Source: Daphnia carinata
Lineage: Eukaryota
Reading direction: 5' to 3'
Length of the DNA: 64,000 bases
NCBI RefSeq assembly: GCF_022539665.2
Contig: NC_081332.1
Location: 186,001-250,000, forward strand
Shown: positions 1 through 13,167 of the stretch, piece by piece
Position numbering within the stretch: the first letter of the stretch is position 1
Layout of the letters: each line of letters opens with the position of its first letter
The notes under the pieces: generated by a model
The model's database searches: none
What the model saw: only the letters and a program-made list of their open reading frames with translations
What the model was told of the DNA's origin: nothing
Program-made: the position numbers and the translations under genes

Positions 1-172
1 CTGTGATTAATTAATACACTAAACCTTTTAAAATGAATCTCAATATTTTTTTTCTTCAAATTTTCCACAATCATGGAAGGCATGCCAGTGTACTTTTATA
101 AAAAACTATCTCGACATGGCTTAAACATGAAAGAACACGAAGTTAGCTCATCCATGAGACAGTATCGGTCTT

Positions 173-1070
173 TCATACGATAAATCTGCCTTTTTCCTTT
201 AGTTTATTCAGTTTATGTTCTTTCTTTTCAGTTTTCTTTTTCTTAATGTTGGCTTTTCTCGTTTTCTGTTGTTATTCTTTTCTCTTTTCCTGTTCTTCGA
301 TGCGTTCAGCCCACTTCTTTTTACTTTCTGATTTGATTTTATCTTGTTTCTTAATTGATTTAGCAAGCAATTCCACATTGTTTTTTACCTATTGCAATAC
401 AGAAAGGTTAAAATTTTTGAAGATCATACAAATATGTTTGTCAAATTGAAAGTTTACCTGAAAATCTTCAGCTCTTTGCAGAGCACCTTTTCATGCCTGT
501 TTGTCTTCAATGCTTCTTGCATTCTCAACTTCAGCTTGGCCTTCCAAGATTTTCACTTTTGCTTTGCGTTTTTTTTATATTTTAATTGTTACCACTTTTG
601 TATCTAAAGTGGTGTTGTTCAGAATGGGTGAGGGATTAGATAGTTCTCCTAAATCAAATTTGCTGAAACCCAGGCAGCCTTCACTGCTGAAAATTGGTGT
701 TGGCAGTGTACTCGTTACTCTTGGTTCAGGAATATCTGTTTTGACAACCTCTGTGAGATCAGAGGTTGATGACACAGATGCTGCTTCAGTGGCTTGTGCA
801 AATTTTGCAATTCAGGACAACTTCTTGTTATTTTTCTTTTTTAATTTCTTCTTCTTCAATTTATCTAACTCCGTTTAACTTTGGTTTTCATTGTCCTATC
901 AGACAAATCCAGCTTTTCCCCTGAAAATAGATGGAATAAGCTGGCCAGTCTTCCTTTAATGTAAAGATTAACACATACCTGTTGAGTGTGAGGTCTTAGC
1001 TGCTAGACATTCTTCCAGTTCAACACCAACCTTATTGCTATTGAGATCTTCAACTGTAGAAACACTTTGA
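173..1070 (-). pseudogene. SURF6: SURF6/Rrp14-like nucleolar protein pseudogene, 3' part, copy 1
   Basis: Minus-strand translation gives IFSSEGCLGFSKFDL, KQA*KGALQRAE and, after an intron, VKNNVELLAKSIKKQDKIKSESKKKWAERIEEQEKRKE*QQKTRKANIKKKKTEKKEHKLNKLKEKGRFIV*, which matches the SURF6 C-terminal pattern. In-frame stops; GT-AG introns at about 389-455 and 921-978. Confidence 0.8.
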
Positions 1071-1078
1071 GTTGGAAT

Positions 1079-1580
1079 CAGACTTGCCGCGCCGATCAAT
1101 TTTCCGATCTTGATCTCCGATCCGATCTTTTGAGTTTGATCGGATCGGGCGATCCGATCAAACTGCAAAAGATCGGATCGGCAAAAATCAATTTTTGCCG
1201 ATCATTTTTACCGATCATTTTTGTGCGACAACTAACGCTTAAAATTCACACCGTCTAACGAATGTTGCATTGGCTGTCACAGCGGCAGTCACTGACGGCC
1301 ATTGAGGGTGAACCCTAAACAGTTTCCTTCAATTGGCATTCGCAAAAACAGTAGTGAAAAGAGCCATGCGACTGCAAAATTTACAGCTAGATGGCGAAAA
1401 GTTTGATCGCTAAAAATGATCGGATCACGATCAATTTTTTGGGATCGCCGATCCGATCTCCGATCTTTCTCAAAAGATCGGATGGGCGATCATTTTTTGA
1501 TCGAAGATCGGATCGGCGATCATTTTTTGATCGAAGATCGGATCGGCGATCAATTTTTGATCGCGATCGCGGCAAGTCTG
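1079..1580. mobile_element. Non-autonomous hAT-like MITE, GATC-rich
   Basis: TIR CAGACTTGCCGCG...CGCGGCAAGTCTG; perfect 8-bp TSD GTTGGAAT (1071-1078 and 1581-1588); about 30 GATC subterminal motifs and a 30-bp tandem repeat near 1475-1565. Confidence 0.92.
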
Positions 1581-1848
1581 GTTGGAATATTGTTTTTTTT
1601 TTGGTCTTTTTTTATTGTTCATGGTTTCCATCTATCGGTGGAACACGCGAATCCCAATAATAGCTTTGCTGTGCTGCTATTGTCTGCTAGCATCACTAAA
1701 AATGGCGTTCAAGTTTCGCTTCATTAATCCCTATAATGGTTTCCGCTTTTGGTATGTCCACATTGCTGTTTTCACTTGTCCAGTTGCTGTGATCCTATTA
1801 CAGTTAATCTTGCATAGGCTTTTTACTTCTGTTTTTGGTATTGAAATA

Positions 1849-3804
1849 ATGGCTGAGTCTGTGGCACTAGTAAACAACTCCTACGATAAACGAAGGCTGG
1901 CTGCTTTAAAGAGGTAAGTTGAGAAAACTCTGCTACAGAAACTTACGCACAGCATTCACTCAAATTGTTGATGTGGAATATATCATGCAGGCTTATTCAC
2001 TTTTAATGTTTATTTTGTTTTCTAGGAGAACATAAAATTGGTGTCAAAGATATTTTGTTCTACTGGATGATGGATTACTACTAGGATTCAAGCATAAACC
2101 AAAGCTAAACATAAGACTTGCTAAACCACTCAACAATTTTACTGTGAAAGGATACCAAATTATGAAAGTGGTAAAACATTTTACTAACAATACTTTATTG
2201 GATATCTTTACTTTGTTTTTGGATAATACCAAAGGATCGTCCAAAACAATTCACCTTTCTGATTCGAGGTCTTCAATGGATGACTGTAACTGAAAGGACT
2301 TTTCATATTGACTCTGAAAGATAAAGGTATGTGAAGGGCCAAAACCTAATTTTAAAAATATTCATGAATAGTGGTTTTCTTGTGCACGAATTAACAAAAA
2401 TTGTGAGCGTAACTTTGTTCGCTCACTCTCGCGAACGGCTTCATACAGACCTGATAGCAATGATGTGGATATGCTCGTCGTTTCCGAAGAAAACGAACTA
2501 AAGGGCTCATCAACACTATTATCCCTATCTAACAAAATGGTTTCTTTGCCAATGGATGCAGAGAATGATGAATTGCAAATGAAATTTCTTGTAGCCGGAA
2601 CGTCTACAAAATAGACCTCATCATTCAGGGAAGAAGGAAGTGGTACGTAGTCGAAGAGATACAAATATGTGGTTTATTAATAGTGAAGACGGTTTAACCA
2701 TTTTTAACTATTTTTTATTTCAATGTTGTTCCTTTTTTACCCCAATATTTGTTTCAAACAGACTTAAGAAAACTTTGAGTTCATCAAAATGTTGGGCAAA
2801 GGTATGTTTGGAAAGATGATTCTTGGCCGAGAAAAAGGCACTGGCTACTTGTTCGCCATCAAAATCTTTAAAAAGGAAGTCATTATTGGAAAGACGAAGT
2901 TGCCCACATTCTTACGGAAAACCACGTGCCACCACCAACCATCCTTTTTCTTTTATTGTAAAACAGTTTTCATTCAATAATATCGCACCCTTTCTCATTC
3001 ATATTTTTAAAACTTCGAAACAGGCATTAAAATATTCCTTTCAAACAGCTGAACGGTAGTGTTTCGTAATGGAATATGTTAACGGTGGTGAAATGTTTTT
3101 TCACCTTTCACGTGAACGAAATTTTTCTGAAGACAAAACGCGGTTTTACGGAGCGGAAATTGTTTCAGCGCTAGGTTATTTACACGATCAAGGGATTATC
3201 TGTAGGGACCTTAAGGAAACAACCTGATAGATAAATTGTTTTGTTTCTTGGAGTTTCACGTACGAAACGATTTTTTGTTACCAGCTGGAAAATTTGTTAC
3301 TCGCAAAGATGGGCACATAAAGATTGCTGACTTTGGACTTTGTAAAGAGGATACCACGTACGGACGTACTGCCAAAACATTTGCTGAACCCCCGAGTACC
3401 TTGCCCCTGAAAGCGCTTGGAAGACGACGACTACGGGGGTGCAGTACGTTGGTGGGGCTTGGGTGTTATCATTTATGAGCTCATTTGCGGTCACTTTCCT
3501 TTTTACGACCGGGATCGCGACATTCTCTAAGACCGTATTCTTTTGGAAGAAGTTAGATTCCCTCGAACACTATTTCAGGAAGCGAAAGATCTTCTTGGTG
3601 GGCTTTTAGCTAAGGATCCACATAAGAGATTAGGAGGCGGCCCTGAAGATTATCAAGAAATCATTCTACATCCATTTTTCCTACCGATTTCTTGGACAGA
3701 TCTTGTTCAAGGGAAGGTACGTAGGCGTGCAAGTTGTATTTGAATGTTTTGATTTTACCCTGTCTCCTACACGCAGATTCCACCACCGTTCAAGCCGCAA
3801 GTGG
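1849..3804 (+). pseudogene. Akt: Akt/PKB serine/threonine kinase pseudogene copy 1 (unprocessed, C-terminally truncated)
   Basis: PH-domain fragments (EGWLL-KR|GE, RYFVLLDDG, KPLNNFTV) and kinase motifs [46 protein letters not shown]. Introns retained; several frameshifts and stops (e.g. TAG 3057-3059). Confidence 0.9.
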
Positions 3805-5728
3805 TAAGTGAAAGACACCCGATAATTCTGTATTTATGCTTATGCTCAATGAGAGAAATAAACTATTTGTAAAATTGATAAAACTCTTACGAATGTTTGC
3901 GTAATCCATTTTTAATTACTTAATACTTAAATTGAAAATTTTAGGGAACTAATTCCTAAGTGTGAAATGCATGCTAAGGAATTAAAAATGCGATAAAGAA
4001 ATAAATGGTATTTGAATCAAAATTGAATTATAGTAGTCTTTTTCTTTTGTCCTTGCTTCAGACGATAGTTTGTGTAAGATTGTAATATTATTCCTATATA
4101 CATAATTCATCAAATGTTAGTAATACTGAACTAGATTTCATGATAACAAATCTCGTTCCTAGCACCCACCAAAAACCCCACGGAACTCATTCAATTTTCG
4201 TGCTTACCATGTAGGCCTAGTTCTTTCCTTTGTCCACAAAAGGCAAAAACAATATTTTGCGCAAGGGCAAACAGTGTTTCATTATTAAATTAACGTTTCT
4301 TAAATTATTTTTATATAATAATTTTCTTATTTGTCTGTGTATTAAAAGGTACTTATACGCCCTCCCAAGAATCCTCATTGAGGCATGAAGAAAAAAGGAA
4401 AAAAAAGTGAATAAGGACATTAGTAAGGGATGGTAGGCCTGAAAACACCAGTAAGAAAATGTCAAATGCAAAATTCCAGATACTGTGTGAACAAAATTAC
4501 TTTTTTATTAAATGAGCTCTAAAAAGCAATAGATAAAGCATATAATCATGCAAAAACATTACGAATACTAATTCAAAAACAAAAGTTATGATGGAGTAAA
4601 AACACGTCATATTGATAACGGTGTTTGAAGTGCAGAAACCTGTATAAGCCGTTCGGTTTTCTTCCTAAATATCGGACAAATAATGCTCGTTCGATATTTG
4701 GCGTTTTTAAGCTGGAGAAACAGGACCAATACCAAGGAAGTATAGGATCCTTATGATGGAGAAATAGGACCCTTCAAAAAATGTTTGAAGATTGGGTTCT
4801 ATTTCTCCGGGTCCTATTTCTCCAGGTCCTATTTTGAGGTCCTATTTCTCCGGCTACCCGTAACAAGTCTACGTAAAACTAGTGGTAGGCTTACTATATC
4901 ATTAAACAATTCTCGCATTAACCCCTGCCTTCGCAGACAAAAAGCAGTCCACTTAAAAGTAGCCTGTTAGAAAGAACAACTTCACAAAACTAAAGCGCTC
5001 CGTTTCAAATTTTTTTTACAAGTTTGTTATTCCCCAGCTTCTTGTTGCATGAACTGCCTCTGGGTTTTTTCACATTTTAAATTAAAGGTTAATTGGAAAA
5101 AAAATTGCAAAATTATTGGCTAAACCTTTGTACATTTTATTAAAACTAGAGCTTAGTCTATTCAAAGTTGAACTCCATGAGTTTCTTTTGACTGCGACAA
5201 TTGCTGCTATGACGGATGCATCTGTTACATTCTCCTAGCTCCCGTGGTTATTTAATATTGAGCTAGACACAACAATGGAGTAATAATGAATAAATTGGTT
5301 TCACTATGATTTTCAATTGGGTTTTACTTGTTTTGTAGAGATACAGCATGAAATACAATAAAGACGCATCCTATGGTATCAGGCCGAAAAATGCAATGTC
5401 CTTGAATATTTTACGAATGTATACATTGTAAGTTACGGCGAACAACCATACACAACACGCACATCCTTCCCAGTAATGTTTTCGTTCGAAAAGAGTGAGC
5501 GCAGATTAGATGTTTGGTATATAGTTTTCAAATAATCGGATATGGGAAAAGTAAAAGTTACCAACCGCCTAGATTTATGAATTTTTCAACGAAGCTTTAA
5601 ATTCGAAAGACTTTCCTTAAACAGATCAGTTGTACACCGTTGGTCGCACTCACTCCATCGGACATCACTTCCGAACGGCACGCTGTACCGGGGACTTTAG
5701 AATTTTTGTCACAGCAACATTCTGTAAC

Positions 5729-8700
5729 ATGAGTACCAGGTAATGAAAACAAGGCGAACAAATATAGAAGCTCTTAAATATTCTTTGTATCACACATGGT
5801 AATCAAGAACAAAAAGATTCTGGTTTTCACAATTTGCCTGCTGGATCTTCTTCAGTTTGGTAATGGCAGTGAAATGTAACCCTATCGCCGATCATCAATT
5901 CACGAAAGTCGAAGGTAAAAACTGGCTTCTTCCTACAAGGTATTTTTCACACGAACATTTTTTAAAATTATTTTTGGAGCTATATACGTAGAATAAATCA
6001 ATTTACATTATGTAAGAGAAAAGCAAACGGAAAACCAATAATTTAAATAGAGCTTTAAGTAAACTCCAATAATGAAGAAAAAAAAATTCAGAGTTGTGAA
6101 AACATGTTTGAAGTGGGATTGAACATATTGAATAGGGTTCTTTATTGAATGTAGGGGTCTATGGAGCAGCCTCGTCATTAATTGAAGCAATGGACCTGAG
6201 TGTTGACCCGTGTCAAGATTTTTTCCAGTATGCATGCGGTGGGTGGATAAGGAAAAATCCTATCCCTGCGACAAAATCTCGGTGGACCCAAATCGATGTT
6301 TTACGGGAACGACTAGCGAATGATTTGAAAAGTAAGACATTTGTAAAATCGAGCGATGTAATAATTTTCATGGTTCATCGAATATTTCGAATTACTCGAA
6401 GACATTTTAGAGCAAGACCATGACGCCAGAGACCCAAAACCTTTGAACAGTGCAAGAGATATGTACAAGGCCTGCATGAATACGCGTAAAATTTCTTTTC
6501 CATTTTTGAAATGCATGATTTAATTTGGGATTTTCCCATATATAAAGGTGCTATTCAGAAGCTAGGGTTAAAGCCGCTGACTGACGCTTTGGAGAACTAT
6601 GGTGGTTGGCCAATTACGTCGGCGGCAGGTATTCACGAAGGGATCCGTTTTGATTGGAAAGTTGTGACAGCTTCAATTCGCAAACGTTACCGTATATCTT
6701 ACCTGATTTCCGTGTACAACGATCTCGACAACTACGATACGAAAAAGAATTCAATTTACGTACGTATATCGGTCTATAGCTTAAAAAGTGGTTTTGCAAA
6801 TAAGTTTAATGAGCGGCAGCTAATGACTAAAAGCATATTTGCGTTAAAAGATTGATCAGGGGTCGCTTACCTTGCCACACGAGATTTTGCTGAATTCTGA
6901 AGATTACCCCAAAATCATGGAGGCTTATTTTGTTTATGTTTCGGAATCGGCAAAGGCCATTCGCAATTCACTCGGAGGTGACGCAACGGATGGACAAATT
7001 GACTTGGATGCCCGCGATCTATTGCAATTTGAATTTGAACTAGCCAAAGTAAAACATCTTTATTTAAATATTATTTTTTTTAAATATCTCTTTATTTAAA
7101 TATTATTTTTGTAAAAATATTCTTGTTTTTCAATTGTCTTACCCAATTTTTTCGTGGCTGGGGCTGTTTCTCAGATCACCACACCTGCAGAAGCAAGGCG
7201 AGATAGCACTCGCATGTACAATCCCATGCTCTTAATGGAAATGCAAAAATGGACTGATGGATTTTCTCATAAATCACCCCAAGCTCAAGTATAGCCTAGC
7301 GATGGAACCTCGTGTGGTTATAGGACTTTAGCATTGCATCGCAAATCTATTTTATCTAGGTGGACTGGTTCCAGTATCTCAACACAATTTATTCAGTGGC
7401 TGGCGTTGCCATTCCCACCGATGAACGCATTATCGTCGTAGAGGTAGAGTACGTGAGAAATCTTCTGGCGCTTTTGGAAAACACGTCCCCGCGCATTATA
7501 GGTATAAACTAGCTTATATAGCCTATGGCTAGAAACGATAATAATAGGCAAGTTTGACAATGCATTGTTTTACCACTTCAACCTCCAGTAAACTACGTCA
7601 TGTGGCGATTGGTTAGAATATTAGCACCTGGAACTGCCAACCAAATGAATATCTTGTCTATCAATTTTTCTAAAGCCCTCTACGGCAATCCTCAGTCAGA
7701 AACTCGGTAAATAAGTAATTTTGTTATCTAAATATTTCTAAACATTAGAGATTACACGACGGAGAAAACTGATTTGAAAACAATAGATCAAATAGCTGCG
7801 CTAACGAAGTCAACAGTATGTTCGGCTATGCAGTGGGCGCAAAATATGTAGAAAAACATTTTCAAGGAAGTATCAAGACGCAGGTAGACCTACCAATCTA
7901 TTACACATTTTTTCCCATATTTACTTAACATATTTTAGTATCAGTTGTAAATAAGCTACTAAACTAATCGAGTTAATAATAAACAAATAAAAACGTTTCA
8001 GGTTGAATCAATGATCAAATACCTCAAGGCCGCATTTGTGACATTGATTGACGAAGCCGAATGGATGGATGCTACAACAAAAGCTATCGCCAGAGAAAAA
8101 GTAGATGCTATGGTTGAACTAGTGGCTTTTCCAAACTGGATTAAAAAGAAAGAAGATGTGGAGTCATTTTATTCCGACCGGGTATTTATTTAATGAACCT
8201 TAGAATTCTAAATGAAAATAAAAAATAAGAACGGCCAATTTACACTTTAAATAAAAAGGGGCTAATAATTGTCTTGTTGCTAGCCACCCGTCTCTAAGGA
8301 GGAACATTTCGAAAACATTCAAAGTGTTAATGCCTGGCTGACGAAAAATGGGCTTATGAGCCTGCGACGTAAAACAAACCGAACTCGGTAGGCTAAACGA
8401 TAATCGAACAACATTTTACCACTTGAAACTCTGTTTACATTGTTCCGCAGCAGTTGCAGGGAATAAGCTGAAATTTTTTTTATTCCGTTATATTTCAGAT
8501 GGATTACTTTTCCTTCAATAGTCAACGCTTTTTACGCCCCAAAATACAATTCTATTAGTATATTATCTTTTGTTTTTCCCTTCTGCATCTATTGTACCTA
8601 AGGTAAAGTTAAATTTTTCTAACTAGGTTTCCCAGCAGGAATCTTACAACCACCATACTTTGGGTTGAACGGGAGATCTTCGTGAGTATGCGATTTTTGG

Positions 8701-9694
8701 TTAAATAAGATATTTCTGCCATATGATTTCATAAAAAAGCCTCTAACTTTATCGGACATTCAAAATCTAGTTCGATGAATTACGGTGGTATTGGAGTCGT
8801 CATTGGTCATGAAATAACACACGGTTTCGACGACAAAGGTATGGTAGGAAAATGAGCTTGGCAAGGGTTTGGCAACTCTCTGGCAAAGTATACGGGATTC
8901 TAAATTTTAGACTAGATTCACCAGACATTTTGGATTAAGATTCGTAACTTGGATTAAGGTTCACACAAGCTGTGGCTTAGGTTCCAAATGGTTCTTGGCA
9001 GGTGTGTAGGAAAATTAAATCAGTTGCCAAACCTTCGAGATTGGCCTTCAACCCATTTTTGTGACATTGACGCCAGAATGCATCCGAGAAATTCTTTAAC
9101 TAATCTGTTTTCTATATGTCTGCGTGAGATGTATAGGCCGCCAAAACGATAAGTACGGCAATACTGCTAACTGGTGGACGGAGAACACATTGGCGCAATA
9201 TCAATCGAGAGCAAAATGTTTCGAAGACAAATACAATAATTACCTTGTTTTAAATGGAACTCAAGTAAGAAATTTGATACGTTTCGAAATCTAGACCTTT
9301 CTACAAAAATATCCACGTTCTTTTAATAGAAACATTTTTTTATTTTCAGTTGAACGGCCTTACCACGCTAGGGGAAAATATTGCTGATTACGGTGGAATA
9401 CGCGAGGCATTCGTAGCCTATCGTAACTACGTCGCAGCCAATGGAATCGAGTCTGTTCTGCCAGGTTTGGAAAGGTTTACTTCCGAACAGATATTTTTCC
9501 TATCCTTCGCTAATACTTATTGCGGCATCGAAACTCCAGAAAAGCTTCTGAATCAAATAATGAATGACCCGCATAGTCCCAACCGTTACAGAGTTATAGG
9601 GACTCTCTCCAATTCAGAAGATTTCGTTCGCGAATTTAACTGTGTGCCTGGTACTCCAATGAACCAACTTAGAAAATGCACCCTTTGGCGCTGA
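5729..9694 (+). CDS. Neprilysin/ECE-like M13 zinc metallopeptidase, multi-exon, apparently intact
   Basis: [29 protein letters not shown] (8521), [19 protein letters not shown] (HExxH, ~8805-8835), [14 protein letters not shown], terminal CTLW. Short GT-AG introns. The start (ATG 5729, hydrophobic exon 5808-5914) is inferred. Confidence 0.92.
8862..9036. mobile_element. Short MITE-like insertion in a neprilysin intron
   Basis: Imperfect TIR caagggtttggcaact / agttgccaaaccttc, flanked by near-identical 8-mers GAGCTTGG / GAGATTGG. This intron is much longer than its neighbours. Confidence 0.55.
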
Positions 9695-10739
9695 TTCTGT
9701 CATTATGTGTTACAAGTTATTCTACAAATAAATTGTTTTCGTTAAAGTGATCGTCACAGTTTAATACTATATAACCGTATATAATTTTTCTCATTAGGCA
9801 TTATTGCTTTAATATTATGGAATGGGCATCGAGAATCAAATTGGTAAAATCAATGATTTCATCTGCACTCATGGTTAATTTGTCAGCTCAAATCTCATCC
9901 AGTACAAGAAGAGGCCCGTGTGTAACAGGCGGCTAAGAAATGGTTTTTCATTTTTTTTTGCTCGAACGTGGCTCCTGGCCCATTTCACACAGTGATAGGC
10001 GCTGCTATTAAATATGATAAAATCAGGGCAAAAAAAAAAAAGTCGTTTACACGACAAATCCTGGTTTCCTGTGTAATGGGGAAAAAGCTCCAGGATAACT
10101 CAAAAACTTTTAGTCTAAGACATCAAATTTTTTCTAAAAAATAAACAGCCTAAATTACTGTTAGCCCAAATTTTTGTACGAAATCCATGTCGTACTTCCA
10201 GAGGCAGAATTTTTGTTTCATTTGCCCGAGTTCCATTTACGCCCATCTTCATCTATCTTGCTTGGTGCGGATGGAAGCATCATTCAAAAGAAGTGTGATC
10301 ACTTTCAGAGCTTCGTAGCGAAGACGTTGGAAAAATCATAACTGTAAAAAATAATATGAGTTAAATGAAGACTAAATAACAGCAAAAGAAATACTGAATG
10401 AAAGATTGCTTAAAAAGCTATATACCTCCTACGCTACTTGTTCTTTTAACGTTAGGGTCCAATGTCCGTTCATAATGGAAGAAGTAGGGGAGACCGGACC
10501 CATCTTGGACAGTTACGATTTTATTCCATTATCTACCATCCCACTTACGCAAAATTTCGAAAATTTGTTTGAAAATAAATCTAGAACGCTTCCGACATCT
10601 CCTGAATTTTTTTCGAAGATGATATGTAATTTTTTTTTAAATTTATAACGATTTTTACCTAACGGTGAACTTAGACCGAATCGGCGTGACTTTGGGCGGA
10701 CCGCTGTCCCACTTTGGACGGGGTCAAAAGAGGTAGAAT

Positions 10740-11315
10740 CAGTGCTTCCTATCTTTTTTTTTTTACGCTGTAGATACAGTTACTGTAAAAAAAAATTTTA
10801 AATACAAAGTTAAGTTAAGATATTTTGTAAATACCGAAAAAAATGCTTCGATACAAGATACTACCGAAAAAACCAGTTAAGATAAGATATTTTAAAAATT
10901 TTTTAAAAATTCTCATTTTAGGCTAAAGATAAGATAAAATAAGATACAAGATACTTAGTAATAACGCAAAACTAAATAAAAAAATTCTGAATCGAAGATT
11001 AATTGAAATTCTGGGTTGCATCAAATTTGTAGCTTCATAATTCATTTATTTTTGATCCACATCCACGAGACAAGGGATGACTAAAACAATGAGACCCGAA
11101 AATTTTATTCCAAATAAATGAACTTGTCGCCGCTAGATGGCGCCGAAAGTATCTTGTATCTTTTCGGTAACTTTAGGCTAAAATTGGCTTAGCATAAGAT
11201 AAAGATACTTTTTTTTGGCTCAAATTGACGCCCGATACAAGTTATCGAAAAGATGCCGGAAGTATCTTAACTTTTGCCATTCTATCTTATCTTTTCCGAA
11301 AGATAGGATCCACTG
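10740..11315. mobile_element. Non-autonomous hAT-like MITE, AAGATA-rich
   Basis: TIR CAGTGCTTCCTATCT / AGATAGGATCCACTG; perfect 8-bp TSD GGTAGAAT (10732-10739 and 11316-11323); AAGATA motifs in the left arm and TATCTT in the right arm. Confidence 0.9.
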
Positions 11316-12049
11316 GGTAGAATGAGTTGTGTAAAAATTTTGCTTTTATTTCTAGTTTTTGCTGTTAACTTAGCGAACAACTGAAATACAATCTTCAAAG
11401 AGATTACCTGAAATAAATGACTTTTATTATGCCTGAAATATTTTCATTTTACTGATAGAGAAGACATAAGAGGAGGCGCAGCCACCACAGTATCGATAAT
11501 TTAGTTATTTCAATTTATCGATCGATTTCCCTGATTCATTATTTGTAATATCATGGCTGCGTCAGTTGACGAAACTTTGAAATTGTTGAAACAGTTGAAT
11601 AATACAGAAAAGTATTACATTTTTTTCCAAAATAAAATGTTTTTATGTAAGATTAAAAATATAAATAAGCATTAGCTATATCATAAATGTGCCGTTAAAT
11701 ATTTAAAACCTCCGCGCTTTGACTTGACTCCTCCCTTGCACGCCCAATTCATGTCCAATACAACACATGTCGTTTGTACAATTTAGCCCCCAAAAGCAGT
11801 TTCACAGAACAACTAATGTGTTTATAATTCAATAGCTAAGATTATTTTGATTTACAAATATTATTAAGAAACCTCTGCTCTACATACTGCCAACATCTAC
11901 AATCGTATAATTATAAAACAACATAGGAAAAAATTATCGACAAAGAACAAAGAAAAATACAGATTTATTCTAATTTTTATTATTTGTTGAAAACTCAATA
12001 AATAATTAACTCTGTTCAAATAATAAACTCCTGTTTTGGCCATTCGTTA

Positions 12050-12845
12050 AGTTTCTTAACCAGTCACTCACGGAATGTGTGAAGTTTGTACAGAAAGAAA
12101 CCTTTGGGATGTCTTAACCGACGAAGCGTGGTCTTTTCTACAATACTTCACTTAAAGAAGGCATCCCTTCTATTTCGAGGAAGGAATTTGGTTCACTTGG
12201 GATGTACAAAACATTTCTTAGCCTTGCCAGGTCGCTGAATCCTACCATCACGGTGACGGTGTTCATAAGTGTATGTTAAGTAAAAAGAATCGTGGTCTTT
12301 TCCAGTTGCCAGTTACTTTGGGTAAAGTAACATTCAGAACACAAGTAATTTGCTTAAACGAATTGGGGAAATAAATTTCTTATCCATTTGTTAAACACTT
12401 GGTTAAGTTTCTTAACTAGTCACTCATCATTCGCCAGTGGATGTGTGGCCCAATGGATAAGGCGCCTGCCTACGGAGCAGGAGATTCCAGGTTCAATCCC
12501 TTGCACGTTCATTGAAGACGTGAAATGTAAAGAACATTGATTGATAATGGTTTTTGAAGCCGTGTTTAACTGGAGTGATGGTGTGGTCTTAGAGGTCGTG
12601 CCAGCAGTCAAGTGGCCTGAAGCTTTTGTCTCAATCCATATTTAAGGCCAATACAGCAACGTTTCGCAAAGTGGGAGACTAGCTTAGTGGAGATTGCTGC
12701 AAAATGGGAATGTGTGAAGTTTGTACAGAAAGAAACCTTTGGGATGTCTTAACCGATGCCGAAGCGTGGTCTTTTCTACAATACTTCATTTTCAAGACTG
12801 GAGGCATCCCTTCTATTGTTTGGTTCACTGAATTATCGTACAAAA
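12050..12845 (+). repeat. Degenerate, inverted orphan copy (~1.3 units) of the 685-bp tRNA-Arg repeat
   Basis: Reverse complement of the array unit, with many small deletions. Confidence 0.9.
12439..12511 (+). tRNA. tRNA-Arg(ACG), type A body, T-stem mismatch (possible pseudogene)
   Basis: GGATGTGTGGCCCAATGGATAAGGCGCCTGCCTACGGAGCAGGAGATTCCAGGTTCAATCCCTTGCACGTTCA; cloverleaf with anticodon loop CTACGGA. Confidence 0.8.
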
Positions 12846-13167
12846 CATCATATACATTTTCAAGCAGCTATTGTTTACCTAATACATCATATACTACAGT
12901 GAAATATAAGGAAGCTTTGCATTTGCCGTCAACAAAGCTACTAACAATTACAAATCAATTTTAATTATTTTGTACCATGAAGGACTTCTTTTAATGAGTC
13001 TGTTATTAGTGAAGACACTAAACCTTTTAAAATGAATCTATGATTTTTTTTCTTCAAATTTTCCACGATCATGGAAGGCATGCCAGTGTATTTTCATAAA
13101 AAACTATCACATGTCTTGCACATGAAAGAACACGAGTTTAACTCATCCATGAGTCAGTATCAGTATT

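Larger units (their letters stand above)
1..4244. repeat. Segmental duplication copy 1 (paralog at ~13000-17808)
   Basis: Colinear similarity: 1-~1000 matches ~13000-14000 and ~1600-4244 matches ~15165-17808. Similarity ends at tttgtccacaaaaggca in both copies. Confidence 0.9.

Noticed and set aside
1387..1727. ORFs with DRRS repeats
   Set aside because: Products of the GATC repeats in the MITE.
4710..4860. GGAGAAATAGGACC / GGTCCTATTTCTCC inverted motif cluster
   Set aside because: Probably a MITE remnant, but no matching second terminus or TSD was found.
10483..10730. GTAGGGGAGACCGG possible transposon terminus hosting the 10740 MITE
   Set aside because: No matching opposite TIR seen.
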